Shown: positions 43,183 to 52,374 of the stretch, in pieces
How positions within the stretch are numbered: the stretch's first letter is position 1
How the letters are laid out: each line of letters starts with the position of its first letter
Assembly (NCBI GenBank): GCA_050952645.1
Contig: JBMNLI010000017.1
Coordinates: 224,001-288,000, forward strand
Reading direction: 5' to 3'
DNA length: 64,000 nt
Source: Bdellovibrionota bacterium
Lineage (GTDB): Bacteria > Bdellovibrionota_C > UBA2361 > CAKMMH01
Notes under the pieces: generated by a model
The model's database searches: none
What the model was told of the DNA's origin: nothing
Seen by the model: the letters and a program-made list of their open reading frames with translations, nothing else
Program-made: the position numbers and the translations under genes

Positions 43183-44165
43183 GTAGTAATAAAATAAATA
43201 TTCTTTTTTTTGGAACTCCAGATTATTCTTTAGAAACTTTAGAAGCACTTTTTAACAAAGATAATGTAAACGTAGCAGGAGTTATTACGAAAGAAGACAA
43301 ACCTAAAGGGCGTGGTGGAAAAATATCCCCTACTTCGATAAAAATTTTTGCAATGGAAAAAAACATCCCCTACTTTACTCCTCATATTTTAAGAAATGAG
43401 CAAGAAGCGTTTTTTAATTTCTGCAAAACTCTTCCTAAAATCGATTTATCCGTAGTTATCGCATATGGGCAAATTTTACCTAAAGAGATTTTAGAGTTTC
43501 CAGAGCATGGCTCTGTAAACTTACACGCTTCCTTGCTTCCTCATTTAAGAGGCGCCGCTCCCATTCAAAGAGCCATTATGAATGGGGACACTAAAACGGG
43601 AGTATGTCTTATGAAAATGGACGAAGGGCTAGACACTGGGGATGTATATTTAAGCCAAACCGTAAAGATTGATGATACTACAACTTTTGGAAATTTATAC
43701 AAGATGCTATCTTCACTAAGTGCAAAAATTATTTGTGATAATATCGAAAAAATTATTAACGGCAAGCTTAAAGCTAAAAAGCAATCTTTAAAAAACGTTA
43801 GCTATGCTCGTAAAATTTTAAAAGAAGAGGCTTTGATAAATTGGGAAGATAGCAGTCATAAAATATTAAGATTGATAAATGCGATGGATCCTTTGCTAGG
43901 AGCCTATACGATATTTAATAATAAGCGTTTAAAACTTTTTACCCCTAAGATTGCACCTAAAATTGCCCCTAAAACTAAAAAGCGAGAACTTAAAGTTTCT
44001 AGCGATATAAAAAATGGTGATATTAGAAATGGCGATATAGTAGGATTTAGGAAAGACTATATTCAATTTAAGTGCAAAGACAATCTATTAAATATTTATG
44101 AGGTGCAACTAGAGGGAAAGAGGAGAATGAAAGCCGCAGAGTTTATATCTGGGCTAAAATCTTAA
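43179..44165 (+). CDS. fmt: Methionyl-tRNA formyltransferase
   Basis: FFGTPD, AYGQILP, NLHASLLP..RGAAPIQ, MDEGLDTGD. Confidence 0.96.
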   Translation: MSSNKINILFFGTPDYSLETLEALFNKDNVNVAGVITKEDKPKGRGGKISPTSIKIFAMEKNIPYFTPHILRNEQEAFFNFCKTLPKIDLSVVIAYGQILPKEILEFPEHGSVNLHASLLPHLRGAAPIQRAIMNGDTKTGVCLMKMDEGLDTGDVYLSQTVKIDDTTTFGNLYKMLSSLSAKIICDNIEKIINGKLKAKKQSLKNVSYARKILKEEALINWEDSSHKILRLINAMDPLLGAYTIFNNKRLKLFTPKIAPKIAPKTKKRELKVSSDIKNGDIRNGDIVGFRKDYIQFKCKDNLLNIYEVQLEGKRRMKAAEFISGLKS

Positions 44166-44297
44166 AATAAACAATTAAAAAAAATACAAAACAGCTTTAA
44201 AACGATTTAAGAATAAACTTAACTTATAAACTTACATTTATAAACTTACATTTATAAACTTATATTGCAAACTTAACAATAAATAGGAGAAATACTT

Positions 44298-45167
44298 ATG
44301 TGGGCTTTATTTGCTGCATGTTCGGCAATTACTCAGGCGCTTTTTGACGTAACGAATAAAAAATATCTTTCATATAAAAAGGTAGATGGAGCGATTTTAG
44401 GATTTGGAACTTTTTTAGCCGCCACTCTTTTTTTAATTCCGATAGCACTTTTTAATATTCCTGAGCAATTAGGAAAAGAGTTTTACTACCTGCTTCCGAT
44501 CGCTGGGATTCTAGATGCGATAGCAATGTTTCTTTATATAAAATCTGTTAAAATGGGAAACTTAGGCGATGTTTTACCTTTGCAAATGACGACCCCTCTT
44601 TTTACTATGCTTTTTGCACCTTTTTTATTAAATGAAACTATAACGCTAGTCAAGGCTTTGGGAATTATATTAATCGTGCTTGGCATTTACTGTTTAAACA
44701 TAAAAGATATAAAGCAAAATTTCTTATCTCCTATAAAATCAGTTCTTAATAATAAGGCAAGCAGGCTATTTCTTCTTACGGCGCTTATATGGAGCATTAC
44801 TACTTGTTTACATAAGTTAGGAATGAAAAGCTCTAATACTTTCTACTGGCTCGTTTTAGTAAAAGGCATGGATTTTATTTTCTTTTATGCGATTTTAGCT
44901 TTTTACCAAAAAACAAAGATAGACAATAAGCTACTAAAAGAGAACTGGCGTGCCTTTTCTATATTAGGTTTTTTAAGTGCTACAACATCTGCATTTTTTT
45001 ATATTGCAGTTTACCTTGGCACTACCGTTTATGCTATGATTATAAAAAGGGGTAGCGTTTTAATTAGCATAATTCTTGGTGCTATTTTATATAAAGAGGT
45101 AAATTTAAAGGAACATATGATAGGTGCCTTAATTATGCTTCTTGGCTGTTTCTTTGTGGCAATATAA
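44298..45167 (+). CDS. EamA/DMT family transporter
   Basis: About ten hydrophobic segments in two repeats (LLNETIT, LYKEVNL). Confidence 0.85.
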   Translation: MWALFAACSAITQALFDVTNKKYLSYKKVDGAILGFGTFLAATLFLIPIALFNIPEQLGKEFYYLLPIAGILDAIAMFLYIKSVKMGNLGDVLPLQMTTPLFTMLFAPFLLNETITLVKALGIILIVLGIYCLNIKDIKQNFLSPIKSVLNNKASRLFLLTALIWSITTCLHKLGMKSSNTFYWLVLVKGMDFIFFYAILAFYQKTKIDNKLLKENWRAFSILGFLSATTSAFFYIAVYLGTTVYAMIIKRGSVLISIILGAILYKEVNLKEHMIGALIMLLGCFFVAI

Positions 45168-45205
45168 AAAAAAAGGTGCTAAGGAGCAGAACTCCTTAAC
45201 ACCTT
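45166..45205 (-). terminator. Intrinsic terminator with its U-tract on the minus strand
   Basis: aaggtgctaaggag-cagaa-ctccttaacacctt hairpin preceded by an A-run on the plus strand. Confidence 0.75.
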
Positions 45206-45400
45206 ACAGAGAAAGTAGCGAGGTAAAAATCATTTAATTTAAAAAGTTATTTCAGCCGTATTTATAATTTTTTTATGTGTATTATTTATTTATATTTTTA
45301 AATTATATATTTTATCAACACGTTTCTTATAACTTTCTTTTCTTGCTCAAGACAATTTTTTTTATATCTTGTGTGCAAATATGAACTATTATTCAGCATT

Positions 45401-45453
45401 TTTAAGGGAGTTCCTTAAGTATTTAAAGCTTTCTTTTTAAGGAACTCCTTAAA
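45401..45453 (-). terminator. Hairpin downstream of the third flagellin
   Basis: tttaagggagttccttaa / ttaaggaactccttaaa. Confidence 0.7.
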
Positions 45454-45469
45454 TTTATCTTTATCAAAA

Positions 45470-46327
45470 TTATTGTAATAATGATAAAGCTATTGCTGGT
45501 GCTTGGTTTGCCTGAGCAAGAACTGAAGATGCGGCTTGTTGTAATATATTTAATCTAGTAAGCTCAGCAGCTTCAGAGGCAACATCAACGTCTCTAATAC
45601 GGCTTTCAGCAGAAGCAAAGTTCTCCTTAGCAACCTCTAAGTTGTTAATAGACACCTCAAGTCTAGATTGAGTAGCACCTAAAACACCTCTAGTAGCTGC
45701 AAGCGATGTAATAGCAGCATTTACTGCATCTAGTGCAGTTCTCGATGCTTCTTGAGCAGCTTCGGCAGTGTTAGCATTAATAGAAAAAGATAACTGAGAA
45801 GAGTTAGCTTGTGCTAATCCTAATGCTGCTAACGTGCCTTGAGTGTTCTTAAAAGATACTTGTGATGTAGAAGCAGAGTCGAACCCTACTTGCAACGTCA
45901 CACCACTAGAACCCGATAATAGTCCTACACCATTAAACTCGGTAGTTACTGCTATACGCTCGATTTCAGATGCTAGCGACACAAACTCATTTTGAAGCGC
46001 AGAACGTTGAACGGTCGAATATACACCGTTTGCCGATTGCTCAGCTAGCTCTGCAAGTCTTGTGAGAACGTCGCCAATTTGTCCTAATGCACCATCAGCG
46101 ATAGATACTGCCGATATACCGTCATTAGCGTTTCTTATTGCCACAGCGGCAATTCGTTGGTCAGCCTTCAAAGAGTCAGCGATAGCAAGTCCTGCAGCGT
46201 CGTCACTAGCTTTATTGATTCTTAAACCAGATGATAGTTTTTCGTATGAAGAACTAAGCTCTGCGGTTGCAATGCCTAATTTTCTTTGAGCCTGTAAAGA
46301 TTGAACATTTGACCCTAATGTAATCAT
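45470..46327 (-). CDS. fliC: Flagellin, short type
   Basis: KLSSGLRINKASDDAAGLAI; AESRIRDVDVASE. Confidence 0.97.
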   Translation of the reverse strand: MITLGSNVQSLQAQRKLGIATAELSSSYEKLSSGLRINKASDDAAGLAIADSLKADQRIAAVAIRNANDGISAVSIADGALGQIGDVLTRLAELAEQSANGVYSTVQRSALQNEFVSLASEIERIAVTTEFNGVGLLSGSSGVTLQVGFDSASTSQVSFKNTQGTLAALGLAQANSSQLSFSINANTAEAAQEASRTALDAVNAAITSLAATRGVLGATQSRLEVSINNLEVAKENFASAESRIRDVDVASEAAELTRLNILQQAASSVLAQANQAPAIALSLLQ

Positions 46328-46330
46328 ATA

Positions 46331-46383
46331 AATATCCTCCGTGATATTAACTTTCCTTTTTATATAACAATCCTTTGTTATAT
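46331..46383 (-). promoter_or_regulatory. Two CsrA-type GGA hairpins in the flagellin leader, one over the Shine-Dalgarno
   Basis: ATATAACAA-AGGA-TTGTTATAT and AATATC-ACGGAG-GATATT. Confidence 0.75.
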
Positions 46384-46870
46384 TTTTTATGTGGGTATAA
46401 AGAGGCTAGAAAACTAGAGGCTATAAAACTAGCAACTAGAAAACTAGAAACTAGTAAACTAGCAAGAAGCTAAAGCTTTCTTATTATAGTTTTTAAGCTT
46501 ATAGTTTTTAAGCCATCCCTTTTTTCACATATTTAAAAAGGAAGTCTAAAACAATTTTTCTTTTTTTTGGGTTATTGTATTTTGAAAAAGAGGACAAAAG
46601 AAATCTGTTTCCTCGCTAGCTTTCTTTGTGTCAAAACTTTTAATTATCATACTCTAACCTTGCTACTTTTCTTGAAACAATTTTTTTAAAGAATTGCTTC
46701 AATTAAATATCACTACGGATCTTTTGAAAAAAAACTTTAATATGAAATATTTTAAAAATAAATTTAATGACTTAGCTTAATAGCTTGAGAGATTAAAAGA
46801 ATAAAGTTATAATGCTTCTTAGGTGTAAAACATAAATGAAATTATTTCATAATTTTTAAAGGGTAAGCAA

Positions 46871-47200
46871 ATGTCAAATAATATTTTACAATTAACTGAT
46901 AGCGATTTTAACTCGCAAGTGTTAGATACTAAAACTTTAGTGCTAGTAGATTTTTGGGCTCCTTGGTGTGGCCCTTGCAAAATGATAACTCCTATATTAG
47001 AAGAAATTAGTGCAGAATATGAGGGTAAGGTTAAGGTGTGTAAAATAAACGTTGACGACCACAAAGAGAATGCAAGCAAGTATAACGTTAGGGGAATTCC
47101 GAATTTAATCTTATTTAATAACGGCGAGATGATTGATCAAATAGTCGGGGCAGTTCCAAAAGAAATAATAAAAGAAATGATAGATAAGCATTTAGAATAA
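46871..47200 (+). CDS. trxA: Thioredoxin
   Basis: DFWAPWCGPC. Confidence 0.97.
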   Translation: MSNNILQLTDSDFNSQVLDTKTLVLVDFWAPWCGPCKMITPILEEISAEYEGKVKVCKINVDDHKENASKYNVRGIPNLILFNNGEMIDQIVGAVPKEIIKEMIDKHLE

Positions 47201-47442
47201 CTAAGGAGGGTGGGGTTTCCCTTTTTCAAGATTTTTATATCTTGGCTTATATTTATGTTTTTTTATTTTACGTGCATAACTTGTGCTTAAATTTTTAAGT
47301 TAAACTCTTAAGATATTTTTATGCCCCTAGTCTTTAAAATGCCAGCGAAGATAGCAAAAGAAAATAACTAAGAAAAATGACTAAAGAAAATGCACGTAAA
47401 ATAGAGCATCAATAAAAGTAAAATTTTTTTTAAAAAGAAGTT

Positions 47443-48393
47443 ATGGAAGAGTTTTTCTACGAACTAACATTTTTTCATAAAAACATAGAAGAATATACTT
47501 ACAAGATTTTCGACCTTGGGACTAATGGACTTCAAGTAATCGATGAAAACACTGTAAAAATATTTTCTTATGACAAAGAAAATATAGAAACCCTTATTTT
47601 AAATATAGAAAATTTAGGTTTTAAACTTAAAGATAAAAAGAAAGTTAAAGATGAAAACTGGATAATAAAATGCCCGAAAGAGCTTGAAAATCTAGTTATT
47701 GGGAAACTAAAAATAGTTCCTACTATCAATATAAACGATATAAATAAGAAAGAAGAACAAGATAATATAGCTAATAATAATACAAAGAAAGATAATAATA
47801 CCTCAAATATAAAAGATAAGGCTTCTTTAAATTCACCTTTAGCTTCACCTTTAGTAAATTTAAAAATTATCCCTGGGGCTGCTTTTGGAACGGGACATCA
47901 TGAAACTACGAAAAACGTTTTAGCCCTGCTTCAACACGATAAGATAAGTGAAAATGTTAAGAATAATAATATTAAAAATGTGTTAGATATTGGCACTGGC
48001 TCTGCTATTTTAGCTATCGGCACATCGCTTTTATATGGGGTATCGTATGGCGTAAAGGTTCTTGCTTTTGATAATGATGAAACTACCATAGAAAATGCTA
48101 AAGATAACATTAGACTAAATAATTTAGAAGATAAAATTACGCTTTTTTGTGGAGATATAAGCAAAGTTTCTAAGAGTTTTGACCTTATATTAGCAAATAT
48201 TTATGCAGAGGTTTTAATAGATATTTATGAAAACCTCCTTAAGGTATGCTCAAAAAACGCTTTTTTAATCCTCTCAGGGATAGAAGAAAAGAAAGCTAAA
48301 AATATTATAAAGAAATATTCGAGAAATTTTAGCATTATCACTCAAAACACTGAAAATGGCTGGACTAGTATCTTACTTAATAAAGCGAAATAA
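47443..48393 (+). CDS. prmA: Ribosomal protein L11 methyltransferase
   Basis: PGAAFGTGHHETT, LDIGTGSAILAI, ANI, LILSGI. Confidence 0.93.
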   Translation: MEEFFYELTFFHKNIEEYTYKIFDLGTNGLQVIDENTVKIFSYDKENIETLILNIENLGFKLKDKKKVKDENWIIKCPKELENLVIGKLKIVPTININDINKKEEQDNIANNNTKKDNNTSNIKDKASLNSPLASPLVNLKIIPGAAFGTGHHETTKNVLALLQHDKISENVKNNNIKNVLDIGTGSAILAIGTSLLYGVSYGVKVLAFDNDETTIENAKDNIRLNNLEDKITLFCGDISKVSKSFDLILANIYAEVLIDIYENLLKVCSKNAFLILSGIEEKKAKNIIKKYSRNFSIITQNTENGWTSILLNKAK

Positions 48394-48529
48394 TAAAGCG
48401 AAATAATAAAGTAAAATAATAAAACAGTATAATAAAACAGTATAATAAAACTAAAAATAGAAAATAAAAATCAAAAAAATCTTATTTATCACTATCAATT
48501 ATTTTATTGATAGTTTATAATTTCTCCTT

Positions 48530-49600
48530 ATGGACAATAATGAATTTTTAACAGAATCTCAAACATTAATTTACGCAGGAATAGATCGCAACATTTTAAC
48601 TCGTTTCTGTGAAACTGGTTATATAAAAACTAAGATGCTAGCAAACGGGCAAGTTTTATATAGCAAGTCGGAAATAGAAAGAGTCTTTGGAAAGAGACGC
48701 GAGGTTTTAGCTAGCTATGATGCTAAGCAATCTGTAGGTCAAGGAAGTGCATTAAAGGTAGGCAACTTAGATGTAGCTTATAGCGATGATTACAGTAGTG
48801 ATGATTTCAGTAGTGATAATTACGAAGATGATATCCAAAGTGAAAAAAGTGCTAACAAGCAAAACATTAACAAGCAAAGTGCTAATGAAAAAAGCGCTAA
48901 GAGTAATACCTCAAGGCTTATAAAATTTCCTGAAGCTACTAGAACTAATGTTAGCAAAGAGGAGCAAGAGCTAAGTAGCAAAGCCAATAAAGACTTCCAA
49001 GGCACTAATAATAGAGATAATAATAAAAATAATAATAACGTTTATAATGATAATGCTGAAATGATTGCTAAGGTAAAAGAAGAAACGAGTAATCAAAATA
49101 GCGATGCGTTTAATAGCAATAAAACTGCTAATTATCAATATAATAATTTGCATAATAATTTACAAAGTAATTTACACAGCAATTTGCATAGTGGGCTACA
49201 AAACTTTCAAGGCTTTAATCATAATAAAAATGTTAATACATCATTTAGCAAACCAGAGCAAAGTTATATAGAGCAAGTAAAAAAACTTTCAAACGATAAT
49301 GGAAATTTAAAACAAGAAATAGTAAAACTTCAAAGTTATGCAAGGCTACAAAAGAAACTCTTAGAGGTAAAGGAAAATGAGATAAGTGAGTTGAAGCAAG
49401 AAAAAGATTGGCTAAAAAATCGCATAGAAAGTCAAGAAGAAAAGAACAATAGGGATCAACTTCTTATTCTTTCTGAAACTAGAGTTATACATAATTTACT
49501 TGCTAACGCCCAAAAAACATCGCCTTTTCGTGCAGCTTTAGAATGGTTTGGCTTTACAAAGAAAAATAGGCAAGAAACTATCGACATGGTAAAACAGTAA
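48530..49600 (+). CDS. Hypothetical protein: MerR/excisionase-like HTH, Asn-rich linker, coiled coil
   Basis: N-terminal FLT...GI...LTRF..TGYI...LYSKSEIE; heptad-rich C-terminal region. Confidence 0.65.
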   Translation: MDNNEFLTESQTLIYAGIDRNILTRFCETGYIKTKMLANGQVLYSKSEIERVFGKRREVLASYDAKQSVGQGSALKVGNLDVAYSDDYSSDDFSSDNYEDDIQSEKSANKQNINKQSANEKSAKSNTSRLIKFPEATRTNVSKEEQELSSKANKDFQGTNNRDNNKNNNNVYNDNAEMIAKVKEETSNQNSDAFNSNKTANYQYNNLHNNLQSNLHSNLHSGLQNFQGFNHNKNVNTSFSKPEQSYIEQVKKLSNDNGNLKQEIVKLQSYARLQKKLLEVKENEISELKQEKDWLKNRIESQEEKNNRDQLLILSETRVIHNLLANAQKTSPFRAALEWFGFTKKNRQETIDMVKQ

Positions 49601-49610
49601 GATATAAATA

Positions 49611-50390
49611 TTATTTCTTTCTTAATTTTACTGTAAGCATATTTGCTGGCAGGAAGAAAAAGAGTGCGTCTAAGTAGACGAATAGTTTTAAGAGTGGGTA
49701 AATTAAGGAGTAAAGTTTAAAGCTTTTTTTAAATTTATTTAAATCGTCTCCGCTAACGACCGTTCCTTTTTTTGTGTCTCTATTTTTTTGTAGTTTTCTT
49801 AATGCGAATATTATTAAAAAATCTATAAAATCCGAGAAGCATCTTGCGTATTTTTTAAATGAGATTATTTCAAAATCATTTAATGTTAAATCTTTTATTT
49901 CTTTTAAATTATATCCTGCTCTTACGTGTCCGTGAGCTTCATCGGTCTGCCCAGTTTTAAATTTTAAAAAACGAACAACACCATTTACGGGGTTTGGAGC
50001 GTTTATTATAAGCTGGCCTCCCTTTTTTAAAATTCTTGATAATTCTTCTATTACAAACTTATCATCGTGGATATGTTCTAAAAAATCTACTATCACTACG
50101 ACATCGAACATTTCGTTTTCAAATGGGAATTTTTCTTCATCGTTAACTTCAAAAACATTCGTTTCTACTAGTTCTTTTATAAGATTAACCGTCTCTTGGA
50201 TTAAATCCGCACTATACCAAGTGCCACCTTCTCTCCTTAAACAATACGATATTACGCCATTATCGGAGCCTATATCTAAGCAAGTTTTATTTGAATAATC
50301 TCCAAGCAGACTTTTAATAACATTATATTTTCTTTGTTTAAGTGGCGACTTATTAAAAATTTTTATCGCCCAATCTTTTTTACTATTCAT
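49611..50390 (-). CDS. Class I SAM-dependent methyltransferase
   Basis: LDIGSDNG, FDVV...LEHI, RILKKGG. Confidence 0.88.
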   Translation of the reverse strand: MNSKKDWAIKIFNKSPLKQRKYNVIKSLLGDYSNKTCLDIGSDNGVISYCLRREGGTWYSADLIQETVNLIKELVETNVFEVNDEEKFPFENEMFDVVVIVDFLEHIHDDKFVIEELSRILKKGGQLIINAPNPVNGVVRFLKFKTGQTDEAHGHVRAGYNLKEIKDLTLNDFEIISFKKYARCFSDFIDFLIIFALRKLQKNRDTKKGTVVSGDDLNKFKKSFKLYSLIYPLLKLFVYLDALFFFLPANMLTVKLRKK

Positions 50391-50410
50391 AGCAAGTTTA
50401 ACCTATAAAA

Positions 50411-51745
50411 TTATTTCTTTAATCTTCTTCTTAAATTATTTAAGTAAAGAAGCACGTATCCAAAATCTGTAAGCAGAAGTTTCATTAAAAAATTTCTTAT
50501 GCTTTTGTAGGAGCAAAATATGTATAGCATATTTGAAAATTTCTGTTTTAAAATTTGTTTTTTAGAAAGGCTTGGAATTAGTTTGCCATACTCTCCAAAA
50601 TCTACTAAATTTTCTCTTTTTATAAAATACCAAGCACGTTTTTTCTTTGCTATTAGCATTTCTTTATTACAATTATCTGCTATATCTTTAGGCAATTCTT
50701 TTAAATATATTTTATTATTTTCAGAAGCGTTTTCTATAAGTTCTTTCCCTTGGCTAGTTCTTGCTAGAACGAAGCTATAACCATCTTTAAAATCTATTTT
50801 ATTAAAATGCTCTTTGTTTATATTTTTAAACCAAGGGTCGCCTACTGAAATATCGGCTAGTTCAGACGCACCATCGAAGCAATACATACATCTTTTAGGA
50901 GTATAAAGGCGATACATAATATTTAGCATTTCGTGCGATGTCGGTCTATAAAATTTCTTTTTAGGAAAATACACGGGGCGTAATTCATTATTTTCTAATC
51001 TTACGTAGGGCGTTCCTGGATGTTTTCCAAATCTAGAAATGTATTCTTTTACGGGAAGTTTATCTATATTAAATTTTTTTAATATTATTCTTTCTGGTAT
51101 CGTTTCTATTTGTGAATGGCAAAAAAGCCCGATAGTAAGAAGTATTTTTTCGTTAATTTTAGGATTTAGTTTTCTTATTTTCCATAGTGCGTGGATTTGG
51201 CAAGGTAGACCTACGAGAGCGAATTTTCCGTCTTCAGTTTCTAATTGTTTTAGGACATCTAGTGTTAAACTTCTTGAATATCTAGATTTCCCAGCATTTA
51301 AAATATCGCTTTTAGTTTTTGCTACTATGGCTTTTGCCTTAAAGCATTCAGTTTCATCTCCAGATACAAGGATTGCGCCTTTAATTTTAGAGGTTTCTAG
51401 CAATGATATTAACAAGGCTTTAACGAGTCCTCCGCTAGTTCCTTGCTCTCTAGTTTCTTCTTTTAGTGCGTAGCTTAAGTATGCGTTTTTGTATTCTCCA
51501 AGGGTTGTTTTTATATCGTAATTTTTATTATAAATTTCTTTATAAATTTCTAAAAAATTAAAATTATTTCCAGCGCAAACTTTACTACAAATTCCGCAAT
51601 GTGTGCATTTATCATCTAGAACTATTGGAATATTATCTATATTTTTTTCTAGCGCTTTAAACGGGCAACTAGCAATACACGCTCCACAGCTATTACAAAG
51701 CTTTGAGGACACTATGTTTTTTATATTTTTTTCTTTGTTTTTCAC
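50411..51745 (-). CDS. F420 hydrogenase/dehydrogenase beta subunit (FrhB-like) with ferredoxin domain
   Basis: CNSCGACIASCP, CTHCGICSKVC, TSGG, VGLPCQ, IGLFC, CMYC..ADISVGD. Confidence 0.88.
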   Translation of the reverse strand: MKNKEKNIKNIVSSKLCNSCGACIASCPFKALEKNIDNIPIVLDDKCTHCGICSKVCAGNNFNFLEIYKEIYNKNYDIKTTLGEYKNAYLSYALKEETREQGTSGGLVKALLISLLETSKIKGAILVSGDETECFKAKAIVAKTKSDILNAGKSRYSRSLTLDVLKQLETEDGKFALVGLPCQIHALWKIRKLNPKINEKILLTIGLFCHSQIETIPERIILKKFNIDKLPVKEYISRFGKHPGTPYVRLENNELRPVYFPKKKFYRPTSHEMLNIMYRLYTPKRCMYCFDGASELADISVGDPWFKNINKEHFNKIDFKDGYSFVLARTSQGKELIENASENNKIYLKELPKDIADNCNKEMLIAKKKRAWYFIKRENLVDFGEYGKLIPSLSKKQILKQKFSNMLYIFCSYKSIRNFLMKLLLTDFGYVLLYLNNLRRRLKK

Positions 51746-52008
51746 ACACTAATAATATATTGCAAGGACTTATCAAGCAAGACTTCTTAAAACGTGAAAA
51801 ACTAATTTTTATAATAAAAAAAATAATTTGATTTATAAAGTAAGCTTATATAGAATTAACCGAAATGCTAAATAAAGAGAATTTTTAAGATAAAAATACA
51901 TTTAAAGAACTCCTATTTTAATTTTTAAGAAATTCATATACAATGTATATATATACAATATAATCGTTATATGTACTTGTTTGCTCTAAATCAAAAAAAA
52001 GGAAGATT

Positions 52009-52374
52009 ATGATTATTATAACCGACGATACGTTAAAAAAACTTTCCGCTTCACTAGATGAGTTAGCTTTCGCCGTTATTAGTGCTAAAGAGTATTTACG
52101 AGCTACTGAGCCTAAAAGTAAAATTCTACCAAGAATAGAATATTATGAAGAAATAGTAAATAAACAACGAGAACTAGCTATCACCTTAAGTGAAAAGGCA
52201 AAAACTAACGAACAAGAATCTATAGCAAGAATAATAGTAATTATAAACGAACTTTCTTATATGTTTAAACAGGACGTCCAAGAAATTTTATCATCTCCAG
52301 CTTTAAATCCAAAATTAAGGGAAACATCAAAAAATTGTGAAAAACAAACTTTCTCAAAAGAACAAATTTGCTAA
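52009..52374 (+). CDS. Hypothetical protein
   Basis: 121-aa helical-looking ORF with AGGA RBS. Confidence 0.6.
   Translation: MIIITDDTLKKLSASLDELAFAVISAKEYLRATEPKSKILPRIEYYEEIVNKQRELAITLSEKAKTNEQESIARIIVIINELSYMFKQDVQEILSSPALNPKLRETSKNCEKQTFSKEQIC

Noticed and set aside
46406..46465. AAACTAG microrepeats in the flagellin upstream region
   Set aside because: Similar slippage microrepeats are common throughout the window; no specific function is supportable.
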